Shown here: positions 49,932-61,121 of the stretch, in pieces | Numbering within the stretch: the first letter of the stretch is position 1 | Layout: each line of letters opens with the position of its first letter | NCBI GenBank assembly: GCA_965237955.1 | Contig: OZ250169.1 | Coordinates: forward strand, 7,392,001-7,456,000 | Length of the DNA stretch: 64,000 nt | DNA from: Candidatus Marinacidobacterales bacterium | GTDB taxonomy: Bacteria; Acidobacteriota; Vicinamibacteria; Marinacidobacterales; SMYC01 | Direction of reading: 5' to 3' | Made by a program: the position numbers and the translations under genes | Notes under the pieces: generated by a model | What the model was told of the DNA's origin: nothing | The model's database searches: none | What the model saw: the letters and a program-made list of their open reading frames with translations, nothing else

Positions 49932-51583
49932 TCAGGAGCAGAGGTCTCCTAGATCCAAGAGAACCCCGAAACTGCCCCCAGTTGGCGCGAGTCGCCGAAG
50001 GCGATTCGAAAGAACCTTCCAAAGCTCCCGCCCCGTGATGCTGTCGTCGGCGTCGAAGAACAAAACGCCGTTCAGCTCCGTCAGCTCCCAGGATTCGAGG
50101 AAGTAGGACCGGGGGAGAGGTCGACAACCTGCTCGAGGATCCCGGTGGCAGGATCGTACTTCCAAAGCTCCCGCCCCGTGGTGGCGCCGTCGTCGGCGTT
50201 GAAGTACAACACGTCGTTCACGTCCGACAGCTCTGTAGGACCGCTAGTTACGCCTATGCCCACCTGCGTCGTGGGACCGGGGAGAATGTCGGAAACCAGC
50301 GCAGTCATCCCGGTGGCGGGATCGTGGTTCCAAAGCTCCCGCCCCGTGGCGCCGTCGTCGGCGACGAAGAACAAGATGCCGTTCACCTCCGTCATCAGCT
50401 GAGGAAACGACGCGGCGGCACCGGGGTTGATGTCGGCAACTAGCGCGGTCACACCGGTGGCGGAATCGTGCTTCCAAAGCTCCCGCCCCATGACGCCTTC
50501 GTCGACGTTGAAGAACACGGCGTCGTTCAATTCCGACAAAGCGGTAGGAAACGACCCCCCGGGACCGGGGATGATGTCGGCAACCAGCGCGCTCACGCCG
50601 GTGCCTGGATCATGCTTCCAAAGCTCGGCCCCCGCAGCGCCATCGTCGGCGACGAAGAACAAGGCGTCGTTTACCTCAGTCAGATCGACAGGAGACGACG
50701 AGCTGGCACCGGGGGAGACGTCGACAACTCGCGAGGTCACACCAGTGGCGGGATCGTGCTTCCAAACTTCACTCCCCGTGTTGCCGTCGTTGGCGGTGAA
50801 GAACAAGGCGCCGTTCACCTCCGTCAGCTCGTCAGGAACCGCCCCGGGTTCACCGGGGTAGATGTCGGCAACTCGCGAGGTCACACCGGCGGCAAGATCG
50901 TGCTTCCAAAGCTCCCGCCCCGTGCTGCAGTCGTCGGCGGTGAAGAACAAAGCGCCGTTCAGCGCAATCAGGTCTTGAGGTGTCGACGAGAAGGCACCGG
51001 GGCAGACGTCGATCCCCGTCGTCGTGCCGGTGGCGGGATCGTGCTTCCAAAGCTCAACCCCAATGCCGCCGTCGTTGGCGGCGAAGAACAAGGCACCGTT
51101 CACCGTCGTCAGCGTGATGGGACCCCCCCCGAATTCGCCAGGCCAGATGTCAGCAACCCGCGCGGTCACGCCTGTTGCGGGATCGTGCATAAAAAGCTCG
51201 CGCCCCGTGCCGTCGTTGGCGTTGGCGCTGAAGAACAACACCTCGTTCTCCGCCGCCAGCTCGCTAGGGAGCTTGGTCAGGTTGTTAGGGCTCCCCGACG
51301 CTTCGCCACCGGGAGCGATGTCCGCTACCAGAACAGTTCCACCGGCAGTACCGTCCGTAGCCCACAGCTCACGCCCGGTGCTCACGGTTTGGGCAGCGAA
51401 ATAAATGAGTCCTCCAATTTCCACGATTCCGCCCAGCACGAATTCGTCCTCGTCTTGCCCCTGGACCGGCAGGGCAATCAGCCCCATTGTCAAAACGAGT
51501 ATCCAGACGCACAGAGCACGTCCGGTTCGGCCCGAGAAGATGAGTATTGCTGGGCAGATGTGACATAGACTTTCAAAGTTCAT
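49932..51583 (-). CDS. ELWxxDGT-repeat secreted protein; frameshift near 50088 separates the last repeat
   Basis: One GRELWATDGT and eight ELWKHDPATG-type ~49-aa repeats in 50081-51583; a tenth partial repeat in the adjacent frame. Confidence 0.85.
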
Positions 51584-52031
51584 TGTGTGCTCCTTCCGAC
51601 AAGCTGCAAACTCTGGGCGGGTCGGGAAACCAGCAAGTGAGCTAGTATGTACCGTCGTGCAGGACGAAGTCAAAAGTGTCGCCGTCGACGTCCGGTTGCC
51701 TTGACTGGCCCCCGAGACGCGAAAGGCGACACGCTCCGCCTCCAAAAGCAAGCCACCGAGGCCTCGAGCCTGAGGTAGTTAACGCCAACCGAGCTGGCAG
51801 ACCAATGGGGCTAGAGCCAGAAACACAACGGAAGAGAACCACTCCAAGACGCAAATCCCACTGCCTTTTGCCTGGGGAGACGTGTAAACTATTGCGGCTG
51901 CCGTATTAAGTCCTTGAGAATAACCTAATTTCACCAAATAGAAACAAGCCCCAATAAGGCATTAGAGCTGTTGATGCATGGCCGGGTTGGATCTGCAGCA
52001 CACGTTCATAGTGGGCCACTGATTCAACCCT

Positions 52032-53599
52032 TCAATGGACCCCCACCGCCGTCCAAGCCCTAGCCACTTCTCGCTCCTCGCGGCTTCCCTCCCCGTAGAG
52101 CTCACGCGCCGCCTGAAGGGTGGTGGCCCGGGCGGCACTGAAGTTCCCCCGCTCGGTGTCATCAAGAAGACGAAGGCACGGTAAAAGATAGCCTCGGCGC
52201 GATCGGCTTGCGCCCTACCCAACCCGTTCACGGTAATGTTGGAAGTGCGGTTGGTACCCCCTTCCACCAGCAGGTAAAAAGCGTGGTTGCCGATACTGGA
52301 ATTGATGTGTACCCCCCCATTGCCGAATTCAGGCGCACAGATGGGGGGCAAACAGCGCTTGCTGTAGTGATCGGGAAGGCCGGACGCGCCGGGGTTTGCC
52401 ATGTCGCGGACGACGGAGCCGAAAGAAAAGAAAAGATCCTCGCCGAGCACCCAATCTGCTTCCAGCCGCTCGTTGCCGACCGGTTGAATAAAAAACTCCA
52501 CTGCCGCGCTCATGATGTCCGAGAAAGCCTCGTTCAACGCCCCCGACTCGTTCAGGAAAATGAGATCGGAACTGAACTGCGTAACGCCATGAGTGAACTC
52601 GTGCGCCACCACATCGAGGGCCGATGAAAAGAAGTTGAAGCGGATACCATCGCCGTCGCCGTAGTTCAAGCTGTTGTCCACGGGATCGAAGAAAGCGTTG
52701 TTGAAACTCGCGGTTTGGGGCTGGATGTGAACGAAGCTCATAGCCACCAGGTCGCGGTCGTCCAGCCCGCGGCGTCCATGGCGCTTGAAATAGTAGTCAT
52801 AGGTGTATCCCGAGTACGTGTGAGCGTCTACTACAGCGCCATCGTTCCAGTCGTTGTCGGGATCGGTTGCGATTTTTGACTCACCGATGTCGTAGCGAAA
52901 CCAGGCATCGAAGTCGAACGCCACGTCGACGGTCTTGATGCCGGCCGGCCTGAGAAGATCGGAGGCACGGTGCGTGTTCTGGCTTCGATCGACGCTCATC
53001 TTCTTGGCGTCCGACCAGCTACAGGTGGCGCGCCCTACGAGGGCATCGGTTCTTAGATCGTTGTAACGCAAAAGGGTCTTTCCGGTTACGGCGTCGACGA
53101 ACACGGCATCGAGGGCGTCCGGGCTCCGAAGGTGAAAGTAGTATGCGAGAGCGTAGCGCTCGTCAAGGGGCAAGATCAGGAACTCCACGGGTCCAACCAG
53201 TCGCTCTCCTTGCGACCGACGAGCTTGGCCGACCGCTTCGGTCCCCGAGAGGGAAGGAAAGATATCGAGGTCGATATCGGTGTGGAGGGCTCCTACCACC
53301 GTGATCACCCGTCGCGACTCTTTCTACCGCACCACTTGACCGCCAAAGACCCGCAGCCCCCGATAGTATTGGTTCAATCGCTCGTGCACCCGCCCCGCGA
53401 TCTGCGAATCGAGCTGGCTCCTGACCGCGAAGAGCTCCCCTCCTCGGAGCATGTCCTCCACTTCCAGGTTGGCACGCTCTAGATGGTCCGATTGGGCAGC
53501 GGAGACGGGTTGAGGCGCACGGAGAGTTTGGGCGAGGGCGGACTGCGCTAAAGGGCCTACAAATATAGCGAGCCATACAAAGGCTTTTGGATGTCGCAT
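52032..53599 (-). pseudogene. M4 (thermolysin-like) metallopeptidase with frameshifts near 53320 and 52148
   Basis: Signal and FTP propeptide (HERLNQYYRGLRVFGG), NNAFF, DVVAHEFTHGV, ESGALNEAFSD, GGVHINSSI; C-terminal ARAWTAVGVH* in a shifted frame. Confidence 0.88.
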
Positions 53600-53910
53600 T
53601 GGTTAATCTCTCGGCGTGCGGAAAGTTCGGCCTCGGTCGGGAGCGATCATCGCAACGGCTGCTGAGCCACTATACGATTCTCAATCCGCCCCGTATTGGC
53701 AGGAATCCGGAGGCGCTTGAACTCAGTCAGATCGGGCGTCAAGCAAGTCGAGCAAGTAAAAGAATCAGATCAGGAAAAAATCGCGCCGATGTGCGCGCGC
53801 CGACATCAACGGACAGCGTAGCTTTGACAACCCCGCGACGTGCCGATATGATTGCACCGCTGAGCCTACCCTACCATGCTTAGTCTTGCTCACACGAGCC
53901 TATGATGTGA

Positions 53911-54521
53911 TTGCTTGGCCTGGTCTTGGTGCTCGCGATGGCCGCCTCGCTCGCCGGGTGCGGGGGAAGCCCGAGCGGTTCCTCGACCACCTCGAGCGCG
54001 CCCCCAACGACGACCATCCCGGGCGTCTCGCGCTTCTATGGAACCTACAACGCGATTTTCGAAAAGGTCCTCGATACTGGCTGCGACATCGCGTTCGCCG
54101 AGCAGGCACTATCACGCTGTCCGGCGATCCCGACGGGTCGAACGTGACGATGGAGGTAGACCAATTCAGCGGATATAAACCTCGACGGTTGGGCGACGCC
54201 GAAGCGCCGATGGATTCCGCGCCCGTTGCCGTCATCAAACGCAGTTCGTGGCTCACGCCCCGGACTTACGGCGGGAGCATCGACGCCGAGGGGCGTTTTG
54301 GGGGCAGTGAGGAGTTTGAATTTGTGACCAATCCACTTTCACTAACGCGAGACGGTGCGCGTCGACACAACCTCCTAAGCACGATTGAGGGCACGGTCCA
54401 AGGACCCCTCGGCGAGATATCGGGTCTCGAAACTATGCTTTTCGGCCTCAGCATCCTGGCTAGCGGATCCCGCGGATGCCCGGGCAAGGAAGTGCGCCTC
54501 GGGTTCACCGGGACACCTTGA
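53911..54521 (+). pseudogene. Hypothetical lipoprotein, probably frameshifted near 54100
   Basis: LAMAASLAGC-GGSPSGSSTT leader in 53911-54147; continuation GTITLSGDPDG... in frame 53886-54521. Confidence 0.5.
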
Positions 54522-54574
54522 AGTCCGGCGTCTGAGTGCGCCGGTAACGTTGTTCTCCATCAAAGATATTCAGA

Positions 54575-56650
54575 GTGAACCCAGCGGCCAACTGCAAACG
54601 GATCCTCACCGGCCTTTCGTTCGTTCTCGCGATCTCCGGAGCTGCTGGGGCCGAGGGGCAGGCTCGAGAGCTCCTGGAACGCTTCCCGCTGCCTTATGAG
54701 GCGGAGTTCGTGGGCTCCGAGAAGTGCGGCGCATGCCACACCTTGCACCTTCAATGGCAGAGAACCCACAACATGGCCCTGACTGGCCGGAGCGTCAATT
54801 TGGAGACTCGCGAGACGTGGTTCTCTCCCGCTCGCCTCGAAAAACCAACCGTAGACGAGGAGGGTGAGGCCGGCAAGTTACGGTATCGCCGTACCGCGGA
54901 GGGGGTGGTGCTCGAAGCGGCAGCGGACCGAGATTTCCGGAACATCCTCGACCAGGTAGAGGTGGCGGTCGTATTCGGCTCGGGGGCCAGGAGGACGAGC
55001 CCGATTAGCGTCGAGAAGGGAAAGTCGATGCGAGAGCTGCGATTGGCTTATACGTCCGCCTACGATAGTTGGATTCTCGCGCCGGGCGCAGAATACGAAG
55101 CCGACCCCCTTGGCGCTCCCAAATCAACCGCGGACACCCACCGATGTTTCTTCTGCCACGCCACGCTTCTTGACTGGAAAGAGGAGCGGCTGGACGCGGA
55201 GGCATCGGTCCTTGGAGTTCATTGCGAGCGCTGCCACGGTCCTGGAAGCGCCCACCTCCAAGCGGTTCTCGACTCCGAAAGCGACCCAAAGATTCGGAAT
55301 CCCGGTTTGCTGCCGGCCCGGGAGCAAGTGATCTTTTGTAGCCAGTGTCACCGAGATCCTGTCGGTATCGATGTGGATCCGGAGCAAGTCCTCACCCGCG
55401 ACTCACGTCTCGCGCGCCACGCTGGCGCCAGCTTGATGCTGAGCAAATGCTTCTGGCAGTCGCCTCCCGAGAGCACCATCTCCTGCATCCAGTGCCACGA
55501 CCCTCACCGCAACGTGGACCCCGAAGTCGATCCCTACCAGAAGACCTGCCTGCGCTGCCACGATTCGCCCGCGGAGGCGCATCGATACGAGAACGTCACC
55601 TCCGCTTCGAATTGCATTCCTTGCCACATGCGGACCGAGCAGCAGGGTTTTCAGGGCGTAAGCTACACCGACCACTGGATCCGCATCCCCAGCAAGCGGG
55701 CACCCCTCGAGCCCCAGGAGGAGGACGACTACTTACGCTACCTCGAGCGGAGCTACCGGGTTGCGGTGGCCGAGGACGAGCCCCGAGAGCCGCAAGAGCA
55801 GGCGGCTCTCCTCATCTCTTTCGGGGAGGTGCTGTACCGTCTCGAAGACTACGAGGAAGCCTTCTCCTGGCTGCGCCGGGGCCTCGCCTTCAGCCCGCGT
55901 GTCACGTCGCCTGTCCCGTTACCGCTGATTCTTCGCCCGCAAGCCAAGGCCGCCGAGATGTTCCGGCAATCGGGGAAAGTGGACGAGGCCATCCAGGTGC
56001 TGGAGCGCATCACCATCGACTTTCCCTTTTTTGCCCCAACCCATGTCCAGCTGGGACAGTTGCACGAGTCGCAGGGGCGCCTGGACGAGGCCGTCAGCCG
56101 ATACCGAAAGGCAGTCGAGGTCCAACCGGAGCTGGCGTTCGCGCACGTGCGATTGGGGGCAGGGCTCACCTCTAAGGGAGAGCTCGATGAGGCCAGGGAA
56201 CATCTACAGAAGGCCCTCGTGATCCATCCGAGCGATGCCGAAGCGCACTACCTATTGGCGGAAGCCTGGAGATGGAGTGCCCGGCCGCACGAGGCTCTCG
56301 AGCATTACCGGGAAGCGCTGCGTCTTTCCCCCGACTCGCTTCCAGCGCTTACGGGCGCGGCCCGGGTTTTAGCCACCTATCCCGACTCCGGCGTACGCGA
56401 CCCGGAAGAAGCGGTTCGCCTCGCCGAGCGCGCCGCGGCGCAGACCGGCTACCAGGACCCGACTATCCTGGACACCCTGGCGGCCGCCTACGCGGCCTCG
56501 GGAGATTTCGAGACCGCCGTTAAGGCTGCCGAAAAGGCCGTGGCGCTCGCCGAAGCCGCAGGTGCGGAGGAGGTGGCGGTAGAGGAGATACGGGAGCGCT
56601 TGCGGTTATATCAGCAAGGACAGCCCTTTTTGGCAAAGGAACGCCGTTGA
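54575..56650 (+). CDS. Heptaheme c-type cytochrome with C-terminal TPR array
   Basis: Signal peptide; CGACH, CFFCH, CERCH, CSQCH, CIQCH, CLRCH, CIPCH; TDHWIR; TPRs ending in LDTLAAAYAASG. Confidence 0.88.
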   Translation: MNPAANCKRILTGLSFVLAISGAAGAEGQARELLERFPLPYEAEFVGSEKCGACHTLHLQWQRTHNMALTGRSVNLETRETWFSPARLEKPTVDEEGEAGKLRYRRTAEGVVLEAAADRDFRNILDQVEVAVVFGSGARRTSPISVEKGKSMRELRLAYTSAYDSWILAPGAEYEADPLGAPKSTADTHRCFFCHATLLDWKEERLDAEASVLGVHCERCHGPGSAHLQAVLDSESDPKIRNPGLLPAREQVIFCSQCHRDPVGIDVDPEQVLTRDSRLARHAGASLMLSKCFWQSPPESTISCIQCHDPHRNVDPEVDPYQKTCLRCHDSPAEAHRYENVTSASNCIPCHMRTEQQGFQGVSYTDHWIRIPSKRAPLEPQEEDDYLRYLERSYRVAVAEDEPREPQEQAALLISFGEVLYRLEDYEEAFSWLRRGLAFSPRVTSPVPLPLILRPQAKAAEMFRQSGKVDEAIQVLERITIDFPFFAPTHVQLGQLHESQGRLDEAVSRYRKAVEVQPELAFAHVRLGAGLTSKGELDEAREHLQKALVIHPSDAEAHYLLAEAWRWSARPHEALEHYREALRLSPDSLPALTGAARVLATYPDSGVRDPEEAVRLAERAAAQTGYQDPTILDTLAAAYAASGDFETAVKAAEKAVALAEAAGAEEVAVEEIRERLRLYQQGQPFLAKERR

Positions 56651-56819
56651 GCTTGGCATCCTAGATGGCTAGTGTTCCGCTTCAGCGGAAATGAGACTTT
56701 CTGCAAGTGACGGGTTCTCTCCCCTGCCTGGGTGAACTGCCATGGTATCGCCACCGGGAGGATAGGGCACTGCTGGGAAGCAACCCGAGCGCCCGGTGGC
56801 CGGAATACGGTTGGCATTA

Positions 56820-57866
56820 TTACGCACTGTGTTCATGCTCCCGGGCTCCGGTATGAGCCAAACCGGATCCGCTCAAAGCGGAAAATCCCGGGGGTTCGGG
56901 GGCAGAGCCCCCGTTCGCTATGTGACAACTGGATTCTCCGAGCCGTTTGAGGTTTTCTTCGCGGCGATGCTTGCGTGCGTTCTCGAGTTTGTCGAGACGT
57001 ACCTGCTTGCGCTCTTCGTGACGGAGGAGAAACCGGTCTTCGGGCGTGAGGTATTCGATTCCTGCGTGGAGCCTCTTTGCGTTGTAAATCTCTATCCATT
57101 CTCCGATGATGTCTTTCGCGTGAAGCTGATTGCGAAGCTCCTTGTCGGAGAGGCCCTCCTCGCGCAACGTGCGATGAAATCGCTCGATTGCACCGTTGGA
57201 CTGCGGATGATGAATGCGAATACGAATCTGCTTCAATGAGAAGTGCTTGATGAGTTTGCGGAAGTCCTTGCTGGTAAATTGGCTGCCGTTGTCGTTGACA
57301 ATCTGGGGCCGTTCTCCAGGGTAGCGCTCCAGTGCTGCATGGACCACATCCGTCACTTCGGCGGCGGTCATGCGCGACAGCAGTTCCCAGTACACGATGT
57401 AGCGCGAGAAGCCGTCCAGCACTCCGATGAAGAAATACCACCGTCCCGCGATCCACAGGTACATCAAGTCCGTATGCCAGCGTTCGTGGGGGCGTTTCGG
57501 AAGTTCGGGCTTGCGGCCTACGGACGGTGTGGCATTCCACCTTGCGAGCAAATCGTTCCGGTCCAGAATGCGGTACACGCTGCTCGGGCTCAGGCAAACG
57601 ACATCCTCGTCCACCATCATCCAGCACAGCCGCCGGTAGCCGTCCCGTGGGTGTGCTAAAGCATAGACCGTCACCGCCTCCTCCTCTTCGGCAAGCACCT
57701 GGTCCAAGTCTGGTGCCTTGGGCTTGATGTCCTCCAGCGCTCCCTCCTTGCGCCTCTTTTGCCAGCGGTAGTACAGCGAGCGAGAGAGCCCGAGCTTCGA
57801 GACAACCCATTCCAGCTTCACCCGGCTTCTCTCCATCGTCTGCTCGATACAATCCAAAATCCTCAA
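56820..57866 (-). CDS. IS3 transposase OrfB (DDE)
   Basis: GYRRL, WHTDLMY, LDGFSRY, DNGSQF, PQSNGAIERFH, YNAKRLH. Confidence 0.92.
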   Translation of the reverse strand: MRILDCIEQTMERSRVKLEWVVSKLGLSRSLYYRWQKRRKEGALEDIKPKAPDLDQVLAEEEEAVTVYALAHPRDGYRRLCWMMVDEDVVCLSPSSVYRILDRNDLLARWNATPSVGRKPELPKRPHERWHTDLMYLWIAGRWYFFIGVLDGFSRYIVYWELLSRMTAAEVTDVVHAALERYPGERPQIVNDNGSQFTSKDFRKLIKHFSLKQIRIRIHHPQSNGAIERFHRTLREEGLSDKELRNQLHAKDIIGEWIEIYNAKRLHAGIEYLTPEDRFLLRHEERKQVRLDKLENARKHRREENLKRLGESSCHIANGGSAPEPPGFSALSGSGLAHTGAREHEHSA

Positions 57867-57898
57867 CTTCTCGTGCGGCTCGAAACGACACCGGTCGA

Positions 57899-58192
57899 CT
57901 AGCTTCCAAGCGTTTTTTTTAGGTCCAGATTCTCCATGGTGATCTCTACCACCACCGATTTCATCCTCTCAAGCTCTTGACGCAGCTTCTCCTCGCGGCG
58001 AGACGCCTTCTCCTTCTTGCCATTCTGAAATGATTCCAGTGTCGCCTCCTCCGATTGTTTCAGCCACTGATAGTACTGCCCTGTATTCAATGCGTGGCGC
58101 CGACACACCTCGGACACCGTCGCACCACTCTCCTGGCACTCCTTGAGTATCTGCAGCTTCTCCTTCGCTGACCAACGTTTCCTGCCGTCCAT
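57899..58192 (-). CDS. IS3 transposase OrfA (HTH)
   Basis: RKRWSAKEKLQIL...VSEVCRRH...YYQW...ENLDLKK. Confidence 0.9.
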   Translation of the reverse strand: MDGRKRWSAKEKLQILKECQESGATVSEVCRRHALNTGQYYQWLKQSEEATLESFQNGKKEKASRREEKLRQELERMKSVVVEITMENLDLKKTLGS

Positions 58193-58303
58193 CTCTGCCT
58201 TCTCCCTTCGTTGAGTATAAGACAGAGGCGAAAACCGTCACTTACTACGACCCCCAAAAGTCTCATTTTGGCTGAACCAATACAGCTACTCTCGCCAGCT
58301 CGG

Positions 58304-60250
58304 TTACTCGCGGTTCTTCTCGAGATGCGACCTAACCAGTTTTAGGTGTTTTTGTGCTTCGACATGGCCGGGTTGGATCTGCAGCACCCGTTCATAGTGG
58401 GCCGCAGCCTCGACCAAAATCCCTTGTCGGGCGAGAGCGTTGCCGAGGCTCAAGTGCGCCAGAACTGAGTCGGGCTTGATTGACACGGCCTGACGATAGT
58501 GACGGATCGCTTCTTCGCTGCTACCTTGGACCAACAGGGCCTTGCCCAAGTTGTAGTGCACATCAGCGAAGTCGGGCCAGGCCCGCAGTGCACTACGAAA
58601 ATGCCGGATCGCTTCCTCGCTGTCCCCCTGCATCAACAGTGCGGCACCGAGATTGTTGTGCGCTAAAGCCAGGTCCGGATCGACTCGCAAAGCCTGACGA
58701 AAGAGCCTCATCGCGTCGTCCGTCTTACCCTGCACTAGCAGCACGGAGCCCAGGTTGTTGTGCGCTAGGGCAAAGTCTGGTTTGATCTCGACGGCGCGAC
58801 GATAATGTCGAATCGCTTCCTCTCGCTTACCTCGAGCCGATAGCATGTTGCCCAGGTCATAGTGTGGTTGGGCATCTCCGGGAGTGGTGCGAATTCGATG
58901 TTTGTAGCCGTCGAGGCGCGCCTGATGATCCTTTATCGCAAAATCGCGTTTCAGAATCGCCAGGTCGGCGCTATCGGTAGGCACCACCTGAAGCCACAAG
59001 TCCCCCATGTCATCCGATGATCGCATACCGTATACCACACGCCGGGGAGGATGGTACGGGTTGAACACATTGTCGGAGGAGTTGTCGTAGGTGTATTCCA
59101 TTTCGAGCCTGGTACCCCGGGGTAAGAAGACCGGCTTGGCGAATCGATACTCGTCCTGCCAGTTGAAATCCCATTCCTTGATACGGATGAGCCACCTCGT
59201 CGTGCCATCCGGAAGCGTGGCATAGCCTTTCATGTCCCGTGCCAGGTAATGGGCATGCGGGTACACGCCGAGCACTTCCACGTCGACCGGCAACTCGTAG
59301 GTGTCTTTGATCACATAGTCTTTCTTTCCGGCAGGAATGTCGATGGTGTTCGAGCCAAGCCTGAGTGCGAGAGGAACGCGCGTTGGTGCCTTCTCGGTAA
59401 AGTAGAATCCTACCGCACAGCGAACCACCTCTGACTTGCCGCTCGGCAGAAAGTGCACCTTGAGGACGAGATCGCTGCCTTTCTCCAAGAGCCAGGCCAT
59501 GCCCTCGGGGGAAGCTATCGGGACCTTGCCCGGTGTCCAGGCCAAGAATTGGCCGTCGGGGCTCCTGGCCTCTCCGGCATACATGCCGTCATAGCCCGGC
59601 TCGGGATCTTGGTCATCGAGATATCGGGTCGAGCGCCTTTCATCAATTTGCATTACGGTGTGATGGACGATTTGCGGATTACCTCCTCGAAATTCGAGGG
59701 CTCTCACGTATCTCCTGGTCGGTAACGGTATCGGGATCACGAAGCTGCGAAACACATCTCGACCCCCGGCCGGCAGGGTGTAAGGCTCAGCCATTTCGAT
59801 CACCAGATCCGGTTCGCCGAGTTGCCAGCCCTCGGTAAACTGCGGCAGTGGGGGCAAATCATCCGGGTCTCCCTCCAGGGCGCCGTCCTCGACCCACTTG
59901 CGGAGGGTGGCGATTTGGTCGGACGTGAGGCGGCGCTGGCCCTGGAATTCGCCGTATCCTTCTTCAGGCAGCCAAGGTGGCATGAACCGACTTCCGGTGA
60001 CGACCGCAATCTGTTGAGCCCGTTTCCGTACATCTTGGTAGCTCAACAAGCTGAACGGCGCCGACTCCCCGGGGCGATGACAAGCCGCACAGTTTTCAAA
60101 CACAATCGGCGCAATATCCTGGTTGAACGTCAACCTGTTTGAAGAGCCTAGAAGGCTCGCGTCCTGAGATCGCACTCCTGTCGTCGCGCCGAATACAACG
60201 ACGCTTGGGAAGATGAGTATTACGAGGGCTAAGTGGGCCGAGCGGGTCAT
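58304..60250 (-). CDS. Monoheme cytochrome + copper type II monooxygenase-like domains + TPR array
   Basis: TFNQDIAPIVFENCAACHRPG, MPPW, IVHH, YPHAH, WDFNWQ, SSDDM; about six TPRs. Confidence 0.82.
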   Translation of the reverse strand: MTRSAHLALVILIFPSVVVFGATTGVRSQDASLLGSSNRLTFNQDIAPIVFENCAACHRPGESAPFSLLSYQDVRKRAQQIAVVTGSRFMPPWLPEEGYGEFQGQRRLTSDQIATLRKWVEDGALEGDPDDLPPLPQFTEGWQLGEPDLVIEMAEPYTLPAGGRDVFRSFVIPIPLPTRRYVRALEFRGGNPQIVHHTVMQIDERRSTRYLDDQDPEPGYDGMYAGEARSPDGQFLAWTPGKVPIASPEGMAWLLEKGSDLVLKVHFLPSGKSEVVRCAVGFYFTEKAPTRVPLALRLGSNTIDIPAGKKDYVIKDTYELPVDVEVLGVYPHAHYLARDMKGYATLPDGTTRWLIRIKEWDFNWQDEYRFAKPVFLPRGTRLEMEYTYDNSSDNVFNPYHPPRRVVYGMRSSDDMGDLWLQVVPTDSADLAILKRDFAIKDHQARLDGYKHRIRTTPGDAQPHYDLGNMLSARGKREEAIRHYRRAVEIKPDFALAHNNLGSVLLVQGKTDDAMRLFRQALRVDPDLALAHNNLGAALLMQGDSEEAIRHFRSALRAWPDFADVHYNLGKALLVQGSSEEAIRHYRQAVSIKPDSVLAHLSLGNALARQGILVEAAAHYERVLQIQPGHVEAQKHLKLVRSHLEKNRE

Positions 60251-60843
60251 TGCAAATCCGGGATAAAGCAGCCCACGGCACGGGTTATGGCGCGGTCCAC
60301 CGGCCTCCCCTCGAGGATCGCCTGTAGGGCTTCCTCGAGATCGTGTTGGGTCGGTTTCGCCCGTGCCTTGCCAAAATCGACGTAGCGGTCATCAATACGG
60401 CCGCGATACACCATCCGCCTACCGGGCACGAAGACGGCGACCTCCGGTGTCACCTTCACCTGAGTCTTCGTGACCAGCCTGTGTTGCGGATCGCGCAGAA
60501 CACCCAAGGGATAACCGTATTCCTTCACATGTTCACGGATGGCTTTCACCGATTCGTCCGGATCGGGATACACGAGCCAGAACCGGACGTTGTCAGACTT
60601 GAACTTCGCTTGCAGCCGTAGGATCTCCGGTGCGTAACGATTCGAGATCGGACAATCGGTACGGGTGAAGAGAAAAACAGTCGCCCTGGCATCCGTCTGC
60701 TGGAAGGGGTCGACCTCGCGACCCTCCAAATCGAGCAATCGCAACTGCGTCGATAACCCTGCCTCTCCATAGCGTAGGAGTGCCACCGCCACGGCCCACA
60801 AGACCGTTACCATCCGCCGAGTCGTCCGTCCGCTCGGTAGCAC
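60247..60843 (-). CDS. Redoxin (AhpC/TSA-like) family protein
   Basis: FTRTDCPISNRY, VTPEVAV, YRGRIDD, AVGCFI; ATGA overlap with the downstream gene. Confidence 0.85.
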   Translation of the reverse strand: MLPSGRTTRRMVTVLWAVAVALLRYGEAGLSTQLRLLDLEGREVDPFQQTDARATVFLFTRTDCPISNRYAPEILRLQAKFKSDNVRFWLVYPDPDESVKAIREHVKEYGYPLGVLRDPQHRLVTKTQVKVTPEVAVFVPGRRMVYRGRIDDRYVDFGKARAKPTQHDLEEALQAILEGRPVDRAITRAVGCFIPDLQ

Positions 60844-60992
60844 GCTGCGACTCCTAATCCTTTACGGGTCGGGGGTTACGGGAACACCCCTGCCGCTCGT
60901 TCATAACGATCCGTATACTCGCTCCCATTATACTCACCCCCCGAGTACCCAGCGACAGCCACGGTTTGCTGTCCTTGTTGATTGTCTTGCTC

Positions 60993-61121
60993 GGCGTTGG
61001 TGCATGAATCAGTTCGGGACACGCACGGGACCTTTTGGCGGCCCAACTTACTCCCCGACGATCGCTTGGGATTTAGGCTTGCCCAGCTCAGCCATCCGGT
61101 TCAATACATTGCACCCGATCC
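60993..61121 (-). mobile_element. IS5/IS903-group 3' remnant
   Basis: VRIGCNVLNRMAELGKPKS* resembles the C-terminus of 29715-30380; IS903-like end GGCGTTGGTGCATGAATC. Confidence 0.7.

Larger units (their letters stand above)
56673..58284 (-). mobile_element. IS3-family element (orfA 57899-58192, orfB 56820-57866, A8 -1 frameshift site at 57913-57920)
   Basis: Imperfect 28-bp IRs TGT.....TTCAGC..AAATGAGACTTT; flanks GCTAG / GCTAC. Confidence 0.88.

Noticed and set aside
50081-51400. ELW repeats as a possible diversity-generating retroelement TR/VR pair
   Set aside because: No reverse transcriptase in the window and no evident adenine-specific differences; ordinary coding repeats.
56833-57909. 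358-aa alternative-frame ORF within the IS3
   Set aside because: Overlaps OrfB in another frame and has no recognisable motifs.
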